Shown here piece after piece: positions 44,495 through 56,329 of a stretch of 64,000 bases of DNA. Location: positions 682,001-746,000 of the forward strand of contig CM074806.1 of the NCBI GenBank assembly GCA_037447605.1, read 5' to 3'. This stretch comes from Zygnema circumcarinatum SAG 698-1b. Lineage: Eukaryota; Plantae; Zygnematophyceae. Within the stretch, counting starts at the first letter, position 1. The number at the start of each line of letters is the position of its first letter. Made by a program: the position numbers and the translations under genes. The notes under the pieces were generated by a model. It ran no database searches. It saw only the letters and a list, made by a program, of their open reading frames with translations, and was not told where the DNA came from.

Positions 44495-47132
44495 GGCGGA
44501 CTTCAATTCCTGCAGGGAGAGAGAACTACGCCGGTTCAATACTTTTTATATGCACGACCTAAACATAGTGAGGACGAGCTTCATCAGGTAGGGTCCACCA
44601 ACTACAAAACCTAAGTCTAGCATTAGTAGGGTCAGTCCTCCTGTTCCTGTTGCTCAGTCTCTGCTCTCTCTTTGACTTTACCAAACCGCTCGTCCCCCGC
44701 TTTTCTCCCACCCTGCCCTCTCCTCTCTCCCTCTCTCCCTCTCTCGCAGATAAAAGGAAGACCTTTGAAACAATAAGATACGAGTCTCCTCTTACATGCA
44801 TCTTTACATTGACCAACTACTCGCCTTCCAATTAAACCATCTCAAATCATCCCTTGAATCACCCCTTTCTGCTGCCCTTTCTTATTCCTTCTAGTTGACA
44901 GACACCCCTGAATGCAATCCCCACCCCCCCGCCATCCCTGCAGTGGCCCAAAGAAATGACCTCAAACTGCTGCCTTTGCCCTAAAAACGGCGCCTTTTGG
45001 ACCCTTTTGGACCCTGAGGACTTCACAAACGGTCCCTCTCCTGCGCCTCTAATTCAGGCAGAAGAGACGCCGCATTGACGAAGCCTTGCATGGGAGGAAT
45101 CTATGCATCAGTTTCAGTCCGCGTTCAAACCAAGGGAGGGGAGGACCGCCCCCTCGCACGTTGCCAAAGGAAGGACGCGGAAGGCGCACAATGTAGCTAT
45201 TAAAAAGGGGCGGCCTTCCCCCCCTCCCTCCCTCCCCTGCTCCCTCCCTCCCTCTCTCCCATTCCCTCCCTGAAGGCATTCAGGGAGGGCTCCTGCAACG
45301 AAGAGAACGAACCAACCTCACCTTTAGCCTCCACCTTCGGCGTCCCAATCCTCTCTCCCGCTTCTGATCCTCCTTATTCTCCCTCTCTCTCACTCTCTCT
45401 TTCCGTCACTCTTCCTTTCCCTCCCTCCGTCTCTCTTCTCTCTCTCTCCCTCTCTCCCTCTCTCTCCCCCTCTCTGTGCCTCCCTCAGCCCGCTCTCCAC
45501 TCCCTCTCTCCCCCCTACCTCAGCCTCCCGCTCTCCCCTCCCTCTCTCCCCCTCGAAGCGGCGGCGGAGGCTGGCGAGTGGCCCGTATCCATGGAGGCCC
45601 GAACGGAGCTTTTGAAGGTGGCGCGGCGGCGCCCGCTCTAGCGGTTACGTAACCCCCGCCATGGCCGGGCCGCGCCGCCGCACGAGCGAGCCCGCCAAAC
45701 CCGGGCCCAATCATGAACCGATGCGGGCCAGCCTGGCGGGTGCAAATCGGGTAGAAGGGGCCCAAAAATGGGGTTCCGGGGCTCGGGCAGCGGGGGAAAA
45801 GTTTTAGGGAGCGGGTAGGGCTGTTATAAAACGGAAGCGGGCGCGTCGGCCGGCGGGCGGGTGGCGGAAAAAACAAACGAGGGGCCCTTGGGCTGCCCCC
45901 CCGGTTTGGCGTTTGCGGGTTTTTGGGGTTTGGTGCGAATACAAAAAATGGGGGTTAAGGGTCGGTTCCGGTTGGGCCCAACCGGCGAACCAGTCGACCG
46001 TACGGACATCCGTCGTCGAACGACGTCATCTTTCAGTCAGTATGGTCATATACACGTGTGAGGGACGGCTCGGATTGGCCGCCAGCTGGAGGGTGCGTCC
46101 TTTTCGGGAGGAGGCCAAACCAGCGCCTCTACAGTCAGGAGGGGGCCGCCGATTGAGCCCACTACGCGACAAAAATGATGGCCAGCTGGCACGCCGACAT
46201 GGCCGGAACGGCGATTTGCAGCCGACACGTGGCCAATCGGTGCGACCGAAAAGGCGAGGGCGCCGGTGGTTCCACTCGGGGGTTGAACCCGAGGTGGATC
46301 GTGGACTCCCTTTACGACACCTGTACGACACCAGCTGGCGCTTTGTCCCAAGTGGCAGATATGGAAATCTGCAAGGAAATCTTTGTTTTGTCCGCTTTTG
46401 GTCGCCGGCATGACAGACTGTCAGCGTACTTCACATGCCGACAATCGTACGGTCCTGTACTATCGCGCCGTTTCCGAATGAAGACAAGCGGCCGATACGG
46501 CCAGATCTTGCCGCCCGTCCTGATATCGCGGCCAGCTGGCGCGCGCGGACCTGTCGGCCAATCGTCGGCGCATGTACGGTGAGTAGTACGAACACAGGAC
46601 TGTACGAATGCAGTCAACGGATCTCGGTGCGACGCGCAGAAGTCAAAAGCGTTGAGATCCTGTGGTCCACGTGGCGGTCAATCCCGAGCGGCTCCAGTGC
46701 CACGTGGACGCCCCGTGGCCCGCTGGGCCAACGGCCGTTCCCACCCCCCCTCTTGCGCTGCAGGGGCGGCCCAGTGGGACCGGGGGGGGAGGGGGGAGGG
46801 CGAGTGGGAACGGGATCTCGCACATGTGTAGGGCTACTCCGTGTGGTTGGATAGAGTTTCCTTCTAAACTATTGCATGTGACGCGCGAGGACGGTCTTTG
46901 CGCGAGGAGCCATTTTGCCACTAGGCGGCCGGCGCGTGGCAGGACCGCTCGAATGGAACAGCGGACAGGGAAGGCGTTTTGCCACAGAATCTAGCCCACT
47001 GAACTGGAACTGAACGGCGGCGCGTTTCCATGCAGTTAGGGTTTGGAGCGCGGAGGCAGGGACGGAAGGCGGGCGGCCGGAAGCGAGGAGGCAACACGTG
47101 GCGGCGCCGCGCGGAGGTCAGCCGAGGCGGCC

Positions 47133-50100
47133 ATGGCGGGCGGGATGTGCGAGGGGGAGGGGGGCGACCCGGTCGTGCGGGAGGTCGACGTCTTCCTCGT
47201 CCCGCATCTCGACAGCGATACACGTGTCAGCTTCTCGCGCCCTCCTCCCGCACCTCGCGCTGCGTCTTGTTAGGGTTAAGGGTTGGGTCGTTTTGCGGCG
47301 CTGAGCCCTGCTGATCTGAACCTTTCGATAAGCTGCTGTTGTAACTCGTGTATTGCTCTTTCTTACCTCCAATGTAATTTGAATTGATTCGATATAAATT
47401 ATTTAAAAAAAAATCAGATAGTTAACGCCTCAAACTACCCTCAATCGCTGAAAGCTGTCCAATAAAATCCTCAAATTTACAGTATTGACATACAAATGGA
47501 TGTATATGCAGCTTTACTTGCTTCAGTATCCTTTAAGGCCTCCATGGCGAGCGTACGGTTTGGAAGAACGATGCCAAGAAGTAAGCTGCCTAAACGAGCT
47601 CTCTTGTCAATGTTTGGGCTTTACTTTGTCAAACAACCCGCTAAACATTAGTTCTTTAATTCAAGATTCTAGGGATTGCCATGATCATTTCAATCTCTCA
47701 ACTTTTTCCATGCTGAGCACTGGTCGCGGCGTGTTTTCCTCCTCTGTTTCCTCCTTTTCTTGCGCTCTTCCAGGTCCGTGTGAAGCCGAAGCAGAAGAAG
47801 ATGGAAGTTGACTTGGCGCTCGATACAAACGTCTCCACTCACGACTCGGACGCGCCGACTCACCTCCAAATTTCCAGCCAGGTGAGGGCTTAGAGATTTC
47901 AAGGTTCAGTGGGTTAGGATTTGGGTTGTTGGCTCTCTGGAGGCCATTGTCATCTAAAGGCTTCATGAGTGTATGTTAGCAATGGGACGGTGGGAGCTGT
48001 AGGAGCACTTTTGGGACGTCCTGAAGAGGATTTTGGATGCTCGCAGAGGGAGAGGCTGCCATGATGGAATGAATTTAAATACATTGTTCTATCCTGAACC
48101 AATTGATGAGACTCTTCGAAAGATTGTGCTGATGCAGCCTCTCCCTCTAAACTTTTGGGGCTGGGGTTAGGGTTAGGGTGACTGGGTTAGTGCCAGGGCT
48201 AGGGCTAGGGGATCAAGCTAGGGTTAGGGTTAGGGTTAAGACTAGGATGAGGGTTAGGATAGGGCAGGGGGCAAGGTTCCGGGTTAGGGCTAGGTTTGGA
48301 CTCGGGCTAGGACTAGGGCTTGGGCTACGGCTACGGCTAGGGTTAAGTTAAGTATGAGGTCAGGATAGGGTTAGGGCCGGGAGTTGTGGCCTTCTATGGT
48401 TATGATGGTAGGAGGCGGCTCTCTGAAGCTTAAATTCTGTAGTTTCAAAAATAGAAGAGCTGCAAACTTTTTAGGTTTAGAGTTTTGGGTTTCGGATGAT
48501 ACGTTTGGTCCTAACAAGTAAAGTGCCCCTTTTTGTTGGTGGGGGGGCTGGGGCTGAAGTAGACGCTGACATCGTCCCATTTGCCGTTGTCAGCAAGTTA
48601 TGCGATTGGAATCTTGTGCGGCGACCAAGTGAGTTGAACGGGGAGGATACTATGCTTACTTATTCTTTGGAGAATAAAACGGGATTGTTTATGTTAAAAT
48701 TGATCTCGCTTTTTGAATTTTGGGTCTATTTTCAAAAGCCTTTTCTTCAGTCCATTTCCCCAAGTCTGCCATTTCTTCATACAACAGAGTAGGAAGCCCT
48801 TCAAGCTCTCGCCCTCAATTCCCTGTTTGCTCGTTTTCTCGTTTCTGAACCCTCCCAGAATCCTCCTCCTTTTGGACACGTGGCAGCTGCACCTGAACCC
48901 TCTTCATGCGGTTGTTCAACTTCGGCCCTCCCTCAAATATTTGGATGAAGCGGACAGCCTGAAATCCAAAAAAGTGAAGGAGGTTGAAAATGAGGAAGAT
49001 GAAGCCATGGCGGCTGCCGAGGGGGAGGGCGAAAAGACAGAGATGGTCGCACTTCAGGTAATTATTTTCGTTTTTCAAGGGATTCTTGAACAGGTTATAT
49101 AGCATAGCAGCCGGCCTTTCCCCCTGCTTCTGGAAAGATGTCTGTCAGAGCGATGAGGACACGTGGCGTATCGGGAGAGGCTGGCAGGTGAACATTCAGC
49201 GGCGGGAAACAGAGCAGCAAGAGGAGTCGCGGTTGCAGTCGCATGCGCACCTCCGGGAAAGGGATGAGGCCGAGGTGGGTGGGATTTGGGGGACTTCTTC
49301 ACGAGGGATAGAGAGGGAGAGAGGGAGAGAGAGAGAGTGAGAGAGAGAGAGAGAGAGCAGTCAATTTCCAACGGGAATGTTTTGGAGAAGCCAACCTTTT
49401 CTGTTACTCTGAAGGGGATTCCATCTCGTTTACTTTTTGCGTTGCACTAATTCAATGTGATAAATCGCAGGCGTGGGTACCATTGGAGCCGTCCGGAATA
49501 AACAGCACGGAATCGAGTGAAATGCGAAAAAAAATGGCGCAACAAGCGGAGACTTCAATACCATTCACCATGTCACAGTAAGCTCTCCTTCACCAAAAGT
49601 AGAAGTAACTGAAGTTCGTTTTAATCCTTCAATTTTGTTTTCCGTTTTTTTTCCCCACAATGTCATCGTTTTTTGACTGCTTAGGGTGGCCGTTTCTTCT
49701 TGGTTTCTAGAGCAACCTGCGAACAGTAATGTAGTACAACTGCACATCTTTTAGCTCCTTATGACCTCTGAATGCCCTAACTGTAAGAACCCTAAAGTTG
49801 TGTAGCTGTTCTTGAGACCCAAGGCGATGCTAAAAGGCCGTCCTTCCTGTGCAGAACGCAATATACGGACGCTCTGACAGGAGGCAAATCGTCAAATTCT
49901 TCCACGGATTTAATTGCAGCTACTCATAATATCGGCTCTGCAGAACTCTCCCTCAGGCTCGTCCATCATCTCCCTTCTTCATTTCTTTTTTCCTTCATCA
50001 CTTATCACTTCCTACGCTTTAGAATGGAGTTTTGTATTCTCCAACGCATGCGGGAAGTGAGGTTAGCAGGTGAATTTCACTGACACGTGGCATGCTGTGA

Positions 50101-52163
50101 TTGACCTGCAGCATTCTAGAATCTTTGCCTCTCCAGAAGAGGATCCATGCCATCTTAACGCAGGTCACTCCATGTGCCCATACCCCTGCGTTTCGGTATT
50201 TTAGGGTTCCCAGAAATTCAGGGTTTCCTCATCCCCTTGCGCCTGCTGCTGTCTATATCACTCCTCATCCTTTTGAAGCATGCCGTCAACAGATAGAAAA
50301 TCAGTTCAGTACTGAACCCCATAAAACCGGCTCTATCTGTTTTCTATGCAGGGAAAGACTCAAGTGTTTCAGTTTGAACGGATTATGCGATTGGCTCCGC
50401 GAGAGGCAACGGAACTGGAAGTTCTATCTGTGTTGGAGGAGCTGGCAATGATGGTGCAGGGCTGTTGGGTGGCTGCCTCCTTTCTGCGATACCGAGGAAG
50501 CTCATGCGTAGTCCGGGACTACTTGCTTCTGCAGTTCACCCGCACACGAGAAATTGAACACACCAAATTAGAAGTGTTGAAGGTAAAAATGCAATTAAAT
50601 GGAGGACAATGTGTGTGTCTCGAGTTTCTTTTATTAGAGTTACTCGCTGAACCACCTTTCTGGGTGTTACAGGTGCCGAAAGAACTCCTCCGAGAGCTCG
50701 TAAAGACGGTCGCTCGGAACAAAGGATCAGGAGGAAACAGGATTTGGGAATTCTTAGAACCCACCGACGAAAGCTTCATGAAAAGGCATCCGCAGATTGT
50801 GGTCAGCCAAATGCGGAGGTGGGCTAAAGCAGAGCACGGCCTGTCTAATGCGGCTCTTACTCTGAACATTTCATCCATGGCTGACTTAGAATCAGGGCAG
50901 GCCACAGGCCTAGGAGCAGGTCCTACTGCAGTATCTTCCCGGAGCGGAGATCCGAGGGGTTCAGGGCCAGGGAGAGGGGTAAGCGGTGGTATAGGAGTAG
51001 GCGGAATAGGAGCGAGTAGAGGTGGGAAGGGAGTGGGAGAGGATAGTGCGGCATTGGAGAGTGGGAGAGGGGGGGCTGCTGACGGGCGAGGGGTGAGGCC
51101 CGCGGGAGGGAACGTGGCGATGTCGGAGGCAACCAAGGCGGCACTTCCAGGAGCACTGAGAGAGATTTTCCTGAAGCATCACGTGCTCAAGTACAGTACT
51201 CACGTTTTCCGCTACCTTTTCACTCGCTCACTCGTTTTGCTTTACTGCTGCTCGTGGCAGTCGTGTGTCTTTAACTCCTTTCTTTCTCTCTCTCTCACTC
51301 TCTCTCTCTCTGGGTTGCAGTCTACAGTTTCTGTGTGAGTGTCTGCGGGAGCTTCCGATTGCGTATTCGTCTGTTGCGAAGCCGAGTCAGAAGGCGGTGC
51401 AGGCAGCTGTTGCCGCAGCACAAGCAGCGTCGGCTCCGCTTGTGGAGTTGAAGGCGGAGTTGTCGAAGGTGGCGACATGCATAGACTCCGTCTACTGCCT
51501 CACCACGCTCGGGAGCCCCTCCCTGGACCCCTTCAGGTGAAATGCATATAACAACAACAAAAAAATCGTTCTGTTCACGGCTGTGACGTGATTATGTAGA
51601 GAATCTGCCTTCGCGAGGGAATCTTATCATTGATTGTAATTGGCGTAAAGAAAAGGAAAAATGTTATGAGTAGGTGGTCTAATCTTAAACAGAGGAAACG
51701 GGTACAGGTCGCTGGTCATAGCCTTGTTGAAAGCCAAGAAGAAGGCGGGCCTTCGGAAGGTGGATTTGATGGAGGCTGCCAAAATTGCCCTTAAGGCAGA
51801 GGTCCCAAATGCAACTTATTTGAGGGTGAGTGATGTATTCCTCCTTTCACGCCCCTACTCTCTCACACCCCTCTCCGTTCGGTCTCACTTTCGCTCCCTC
51901 TTTCTCCCCCTCACCCCTCCCCTTCCCCTCCCTCCTCTCTCCCCCCCCTCGCACATGGTTTCCTTGCAAGTTGATGAAGCACAATCTAAGAATGGAAACC
52001 CTCCGGCAGCAATCAGTTTCAAGTGCAGGGCTTTTTTTTGAGCTAGTTTGCTGCTTTGCTTTGCCCTAATTTTCACAGCTGGTCTGTGCAGGTCGTTAAG
52101 GAGCTCTGTTGTGCTCGAGGGGGTGCGTGGGTCCTCAAGGAGGGGGACGGAAGACCTTCTTGA
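47133..52163 (+). CDS. POLR3E: RNA polymerase III subunit RPC5 (Sin-like), multi-exon
   Basis: Motifs DPVVREVDVFL, LYLLQYPLRPPWRAY, VRVKPKQKKMEVDL, TLTSS..YAIGIL, LHLNPLHAVVQLRPSLKYLD, LAMMVQGCWV, RDYLLLQF, WEFLEPTDESFMKRHP. Stop TGA at 52161-52163. Confidence 0.9.
48160..48378 (+). repeat. Degenerate (TTAGGG/CTAGGG)n-like array in an RPC5 intron
   Basis: gggttagggttaggg...gggctagggctaggg...gggttagggttagggttaag over ~215 bp. Confidence 0.85.
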
Positions 52164-52795
52164 CCTACTTGACCTCCTCGGCTTTTTTGACCGACCTTAA
52201 CCCTGCCTGACCCTCTTGGCCGAAGTTGAGTTCAAGGAATGAGCACATGGGGTGTAGGCGACACCCACAAAAAGTGTTGTTCTTTTGAATGGCAGGGTAC
52301 ATATCTTCGATGAAGAGATAGTTGTACCACTAGCATTACCCCTCCCGCTTGTCCGCCTGTAAATAATTTTTTTTTGCCAGAAATGGAATAAAGTCGCTCA
52401 GTTTTTAGTGCAAGTGGTTTTTGAGAAAAAGTTTGATGTCCTTACTTGTGGGACTCGTTTGGCTCATTAACATGCCCACCTGATAATGCATCATGAGTAT
52501 CGCTCGGCCTTCAATTCATCTGCAAATTCTGCCTTTGAAGACATGGGTGAACATTGCACAACGTGTACCCCATAAAGCATCCCTTTCAAGAAAAGTAAAA
52601 CTGAAACATGAGGGCTCCCAAATGCCCAAAGGAACGTGAATTGAAAGCCCTGCGTATTATGTGCCTGGGTGCTGCGCACGATGTGAAGACATAGCGAAAA
52701 AAAATGAATTGCAGTTTTGAAAGAGGATGATTATACATGGAAGGACAATAAGCAAAGGAGAAGTTCAGCTTCTTCATTGGTGGCCAATTAGGGCT

Positions 52796-53110
52796 TCAAA
52801 TAGGTTTCAACGGAAGCTCCGGCTCAGCAACACTCGCTCCTGCGTGCTCCCTCTCCAGCTTCACTTGGTAGTTGCCATCTTCATTCAACTTCGCCTGCAC
52901 AACATTCGTTCGCAAAAACTCTGCCGCCTCCTTTGCTTCCGCAAGCAGCCTTTCCAGCACTGCCGCATCCATTACGCTCCGACTCTCCTCAAACCTTGCC
53001 CTAATCTCCCGCCTTGCCTCCGCCTGCGCATGCAAATCTCCCCGGAAGAGCGTCCTCTGAGCGCGCATCAAGCTGCGATAGGCGGAGAGGCCCCGCGCTG
53101 CGCTCGCCAT
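52796..53110 (-). CDS. LYRM7: LYR-motif protein, MZM1/LYRM7-like complex III (Rieske) assembly factor; intronless
   Basis: AYRSLMRAQRTLFRGD..AR.EIRARFEE..AKEAAEFLRTNVVQA..DGNYQVK..EH. Confidence 0.85.
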   Translation of the reverse strand: MASAARGLSAYRSLMRAQRTLFRGDLHAQAEARREIRARFEESRSVMDAAVLERLLAEAKEAAEFLRTNVVQAKLNEDGNYQVKLEREHAGASVAEPELPLKPI

Positions 53111-54639
53111 GCTCCCATGCAACATTCGATACAGGCGGCGGAAATCTCAGATCGTCAAGCTCGCCCTGAGCCTCCCCTCGGTGAGATCCATGGCAGCTCC
53201 GACCCGCAGCCGCACCAACCTTCCCTTCACTTCCAAAAATTTCGCCAGAGGAGCCTCCGGCCTCCAGGCGCGGTCGAATTAGGGCTGACGTCATCGGCCA
53301 AAGGGAGGGGCTCGGCTTCCCCGTCGCGTCACGTCGCGTCGCGTCACGTCATGACTTGTCATTGTCGAGTGATCCTGGACCGTTGTCGTTTTCCATAGGG
53401 ATGACGGCGTAGTGTTGCGTGACAAGGTGTCACAGCGGAGTATTTGCAGAAACCACGAGTCGAGGCTGCCGGCCGGCAGGGCCACGGCCAGCCGTTTGCC
53501 GTCGGCCGGCAAACGTATCCGTACTGCTGACCGACACAAGGCCGGTCAGCAACTCTGTCGCCTTGCGGAGGAACTGTGTCGTCACGCGTCGGTTCCCCGT
53601 CGTCGTGCGATCCGGTCGCCATTGAAAGGTACGTCAACAAATAAATGCCAGCCACGTGGCGGGAAATGCGCGGTTTCGCTAACGAACATTTGTCTCTTCT
53701 GCTTGCGGCCACCGTGTTCAAGCGCAGCAGGAAGTTTCCAGGAAGCTAACCGTGAACGACGGCGGCGCGCCGTCTGTCATCTCATCTGCCGCCGCCCTCC
53801 CTTCCGCCATGGCCAGCCCTTCCTTGAGCTTCGCTTCCTTCAACTTTCCCTAAGCTTTTATTCTTAAGGATAATTATCTGCACAAGAAACATAATTACCC
53901 ACCTTGTCAGTTATCACTAAGGTGAGGCATCATGCATGCATGCATGCCCCTCATGATGCCTTGCAGAAATGTGCAGCATGCGTAGTCCACTCTGGCTACT
54001 GTGGGTGATGATGAGTGACGGGTGTTTCGCTGGGACTTCTTTATGACTTCAGGCAGTTCATACGGCCGGTTTTGGTCGTGAAGCCATGGAATTTGGCGTC
54101 CAGAATGGTGCGGGTATTTACGGGTCAGGGCCGATCAAAGTGACGGCGGACTTCACCTCGGATGCGGATCCTGCCGAATGGCGTTTGAAGGAGCTCGACC
54201 ACAAGTAGGAGCTCCTTCGAGAGTTGGAACTGTTAAAATTGTTGTACAGCACTAGAGACTGTACAACGTTTTGTGGGACATAGATTCTCTAGTGAGGTTA
54301 GATGTGTCTTGCAGGTGTTCGAGGCGCGATTGTACGGAGGTCAGAATACCGTACCATACCGTACTACAGTCAACAGTCTTCATATTTTCGCCATGGTTTT
54401 GGCAAATATGAGGCGAAAATATTGATTTTTGCAAATAGAAGGTTCGTGTTACCAATAGACGGGCGGTATTGTTAGAGTTCATGTTGGACCGTACGTATCG
54501 TACCGTACCATATCGTGCCGTGTCGTTCAATATCGTATCGTATCATGTCGTATCGGAACCAAAAGGAGGAAAGACGAGCGAGCGCCTCTTACGGCGGCAC
54601 GTGCGGGAAGATTCGGTGAGTTTTGCTGAAGCCCGTAAC

Positions 54640-54745
54640 GGCTAGTACTGCAAGTACGGCAAGTACGGCAAGTACGGCAAGTACAGTTTTTAGGGTTTCT
54701 AGGGTTTTAGGGTTTTAGGGGTACGGGTAGTACGGGTAGTACGGC
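54640..54745 (+). repeat. Short tandem arrays: (CAAGTACGG)x4, TTTTAGGG-like x4, (GTACGGGTA)x3
   Basis: Directly visible tandem units. Confidence 0.85.
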
Positions 54746-55559
54746 TAACACAGAGTTACCGTACAAAAAGGTGGTTTCGGTAAAATCGGGGCGAATTTCT
54801 TGGGGACGCACTGTACAGGGTGGAAAATATGAGGACTGCTGACTGTATTCGTATAGGATGTACGAACAATACTGGTAGTACGGATGCACAGGAATTGTGG
54901 CGCTGTAGCGTAACGGAGCTGCGCTCGACGGATCCGCGTCCGTTCAGTTGTACTTGACATATTCCTATTCAGTGTCACGGACCGGCATGATCCAGGAATT
55001 GCCGACGGAAAATGCGAGAAGGTGGCGCCATGTGTTGGCGGCCCACGGAACAGCACACCATCCAGCTAGGCGCACTCGGAAGCGCCGCAAAATGCCGACG
55101 ATTGTCAGCAGTTGACCTATCAGAAGGCCTCACGTAGTCAGTCAGGCCTCTCAGTGGGCAGTTGGCCAATCAGGGACTGTCACTGCTAAGGCTCAAGATC
55201 GATTGTCAGTGTTAAGTAGATGGGATGTCAGTGATGCTAGTTTGTCTTTTAGTGCTGGGCTTAGTATTTGTATTTGCTGTGTGGTTTGTTGTCTTGTTCT
55301 TCTCTTCTTCCTCNNNNNNNNNNATCGGGTCCAGCCGCCGGTGGGAACATCTTCAAGATCCCTACGTCTTCCGCTGCGCGTACCTCTGAATCTCCCGGAT
55401 CCTGGCTCTATGCTGCAGGCAGACCCACAGAACCAACCCAACCCTTCATCAGTTTCAGCACGGACGCGCGAGTGGCCGTACAGCACCTGCAACTAGCTCA
55501 GCAGTCTCCTTTTAACCCCACTTATCTTGTGCTACAGCGCCGCGTCTCATAAGCACATA

Positions 55560-55706
55560 AGGCAGACTTTAGCCAGACCGCTGCCCCTAGGACAGAAAGC
55601 TATAGGTTGCAAATGGGTGTTCAAGGTCAAGCAAAAATCAGATAAGAGTGTAGACACATTTAAGGCGCAGTTAGTGGCCAAAGGGTTCTCATAAGGGTAC
55701 GGTGTA
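55560..55706 (+). mobile_element. Degenerate Ty1/copia reverse transcriptase fragment
   Basis: 55581 onward translates [40 protein letters not shown], the copia RT N-terminal signature (KWVFK..KARLVAKGF) with an in-frame stop. Confidence 0.9.
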
Positions 55707-56329
55707 ACAAAACAGTACACATAGTGTATAGCCTAGTACCTACATCTTGCGGTTGCCTTTTAAGGGTTTAACCACACGGTCGTCGATGTTGTCGTTTTGG
55801 GAGCAGCGTTTCTTTCCGTTACGGCGTTCACTCTGTTGTGGTGGCTCACAGATGCCCGGCGGTGGTTTGCAAGTCCCACCATGAACATAGAGCGCAAGGC
55901 AGCAGCCGCGGGATGGCCTAGCATAGACTCGTCACATGAATGGAAGAGCATATGTTGTTGTAGCCTGCGTTAAGAGCATCCAAGATGATCCGACCAATTG
56001 TTGCGCATTATTGTTCATAGCCAAAACTATTCACTCAATGTTGTCCACCAAGATTGCATATCCAAGGGTTTGAAATTATTGCTAGGTTGTATTACTCTCT
56101 TTGTCAAAATTCAAACATTTCCTACCAATACACAATTGTAATACACCCAATCTGTTGCAACGTCTTTACCAATCGAAAGCTCAACATAGGACATGCCAAT
56201 GTTGAGACATGGCCGTCAGACTGTCCTCCCTGGCAGCGCCCTCCTCCGCCACATGGCCGAAGGGCGGCCCTCCACCTGGCGGGGCTTGCAGCAGGCGGAG
56301 GCCCAACTGCTGCCGCCCCTGCCTCGTCC

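Noticed and set aside
45264-45289. Perfect 11-bp hairpin CCCTCCCTGAA-GGCA-TTCAGGGAGGG
   Set aside because: Most of the stem is low-complexity CCCT/AGGG, which is abundant here; no evidence of function.
53805-54208. Short Kozak-context ORFs (MASPSLSF..., MEFGVQNGAGIYG...)
   Set aside because: No consistent exon chain or recognisable homology; possibly a decayed gene, but unsupported.
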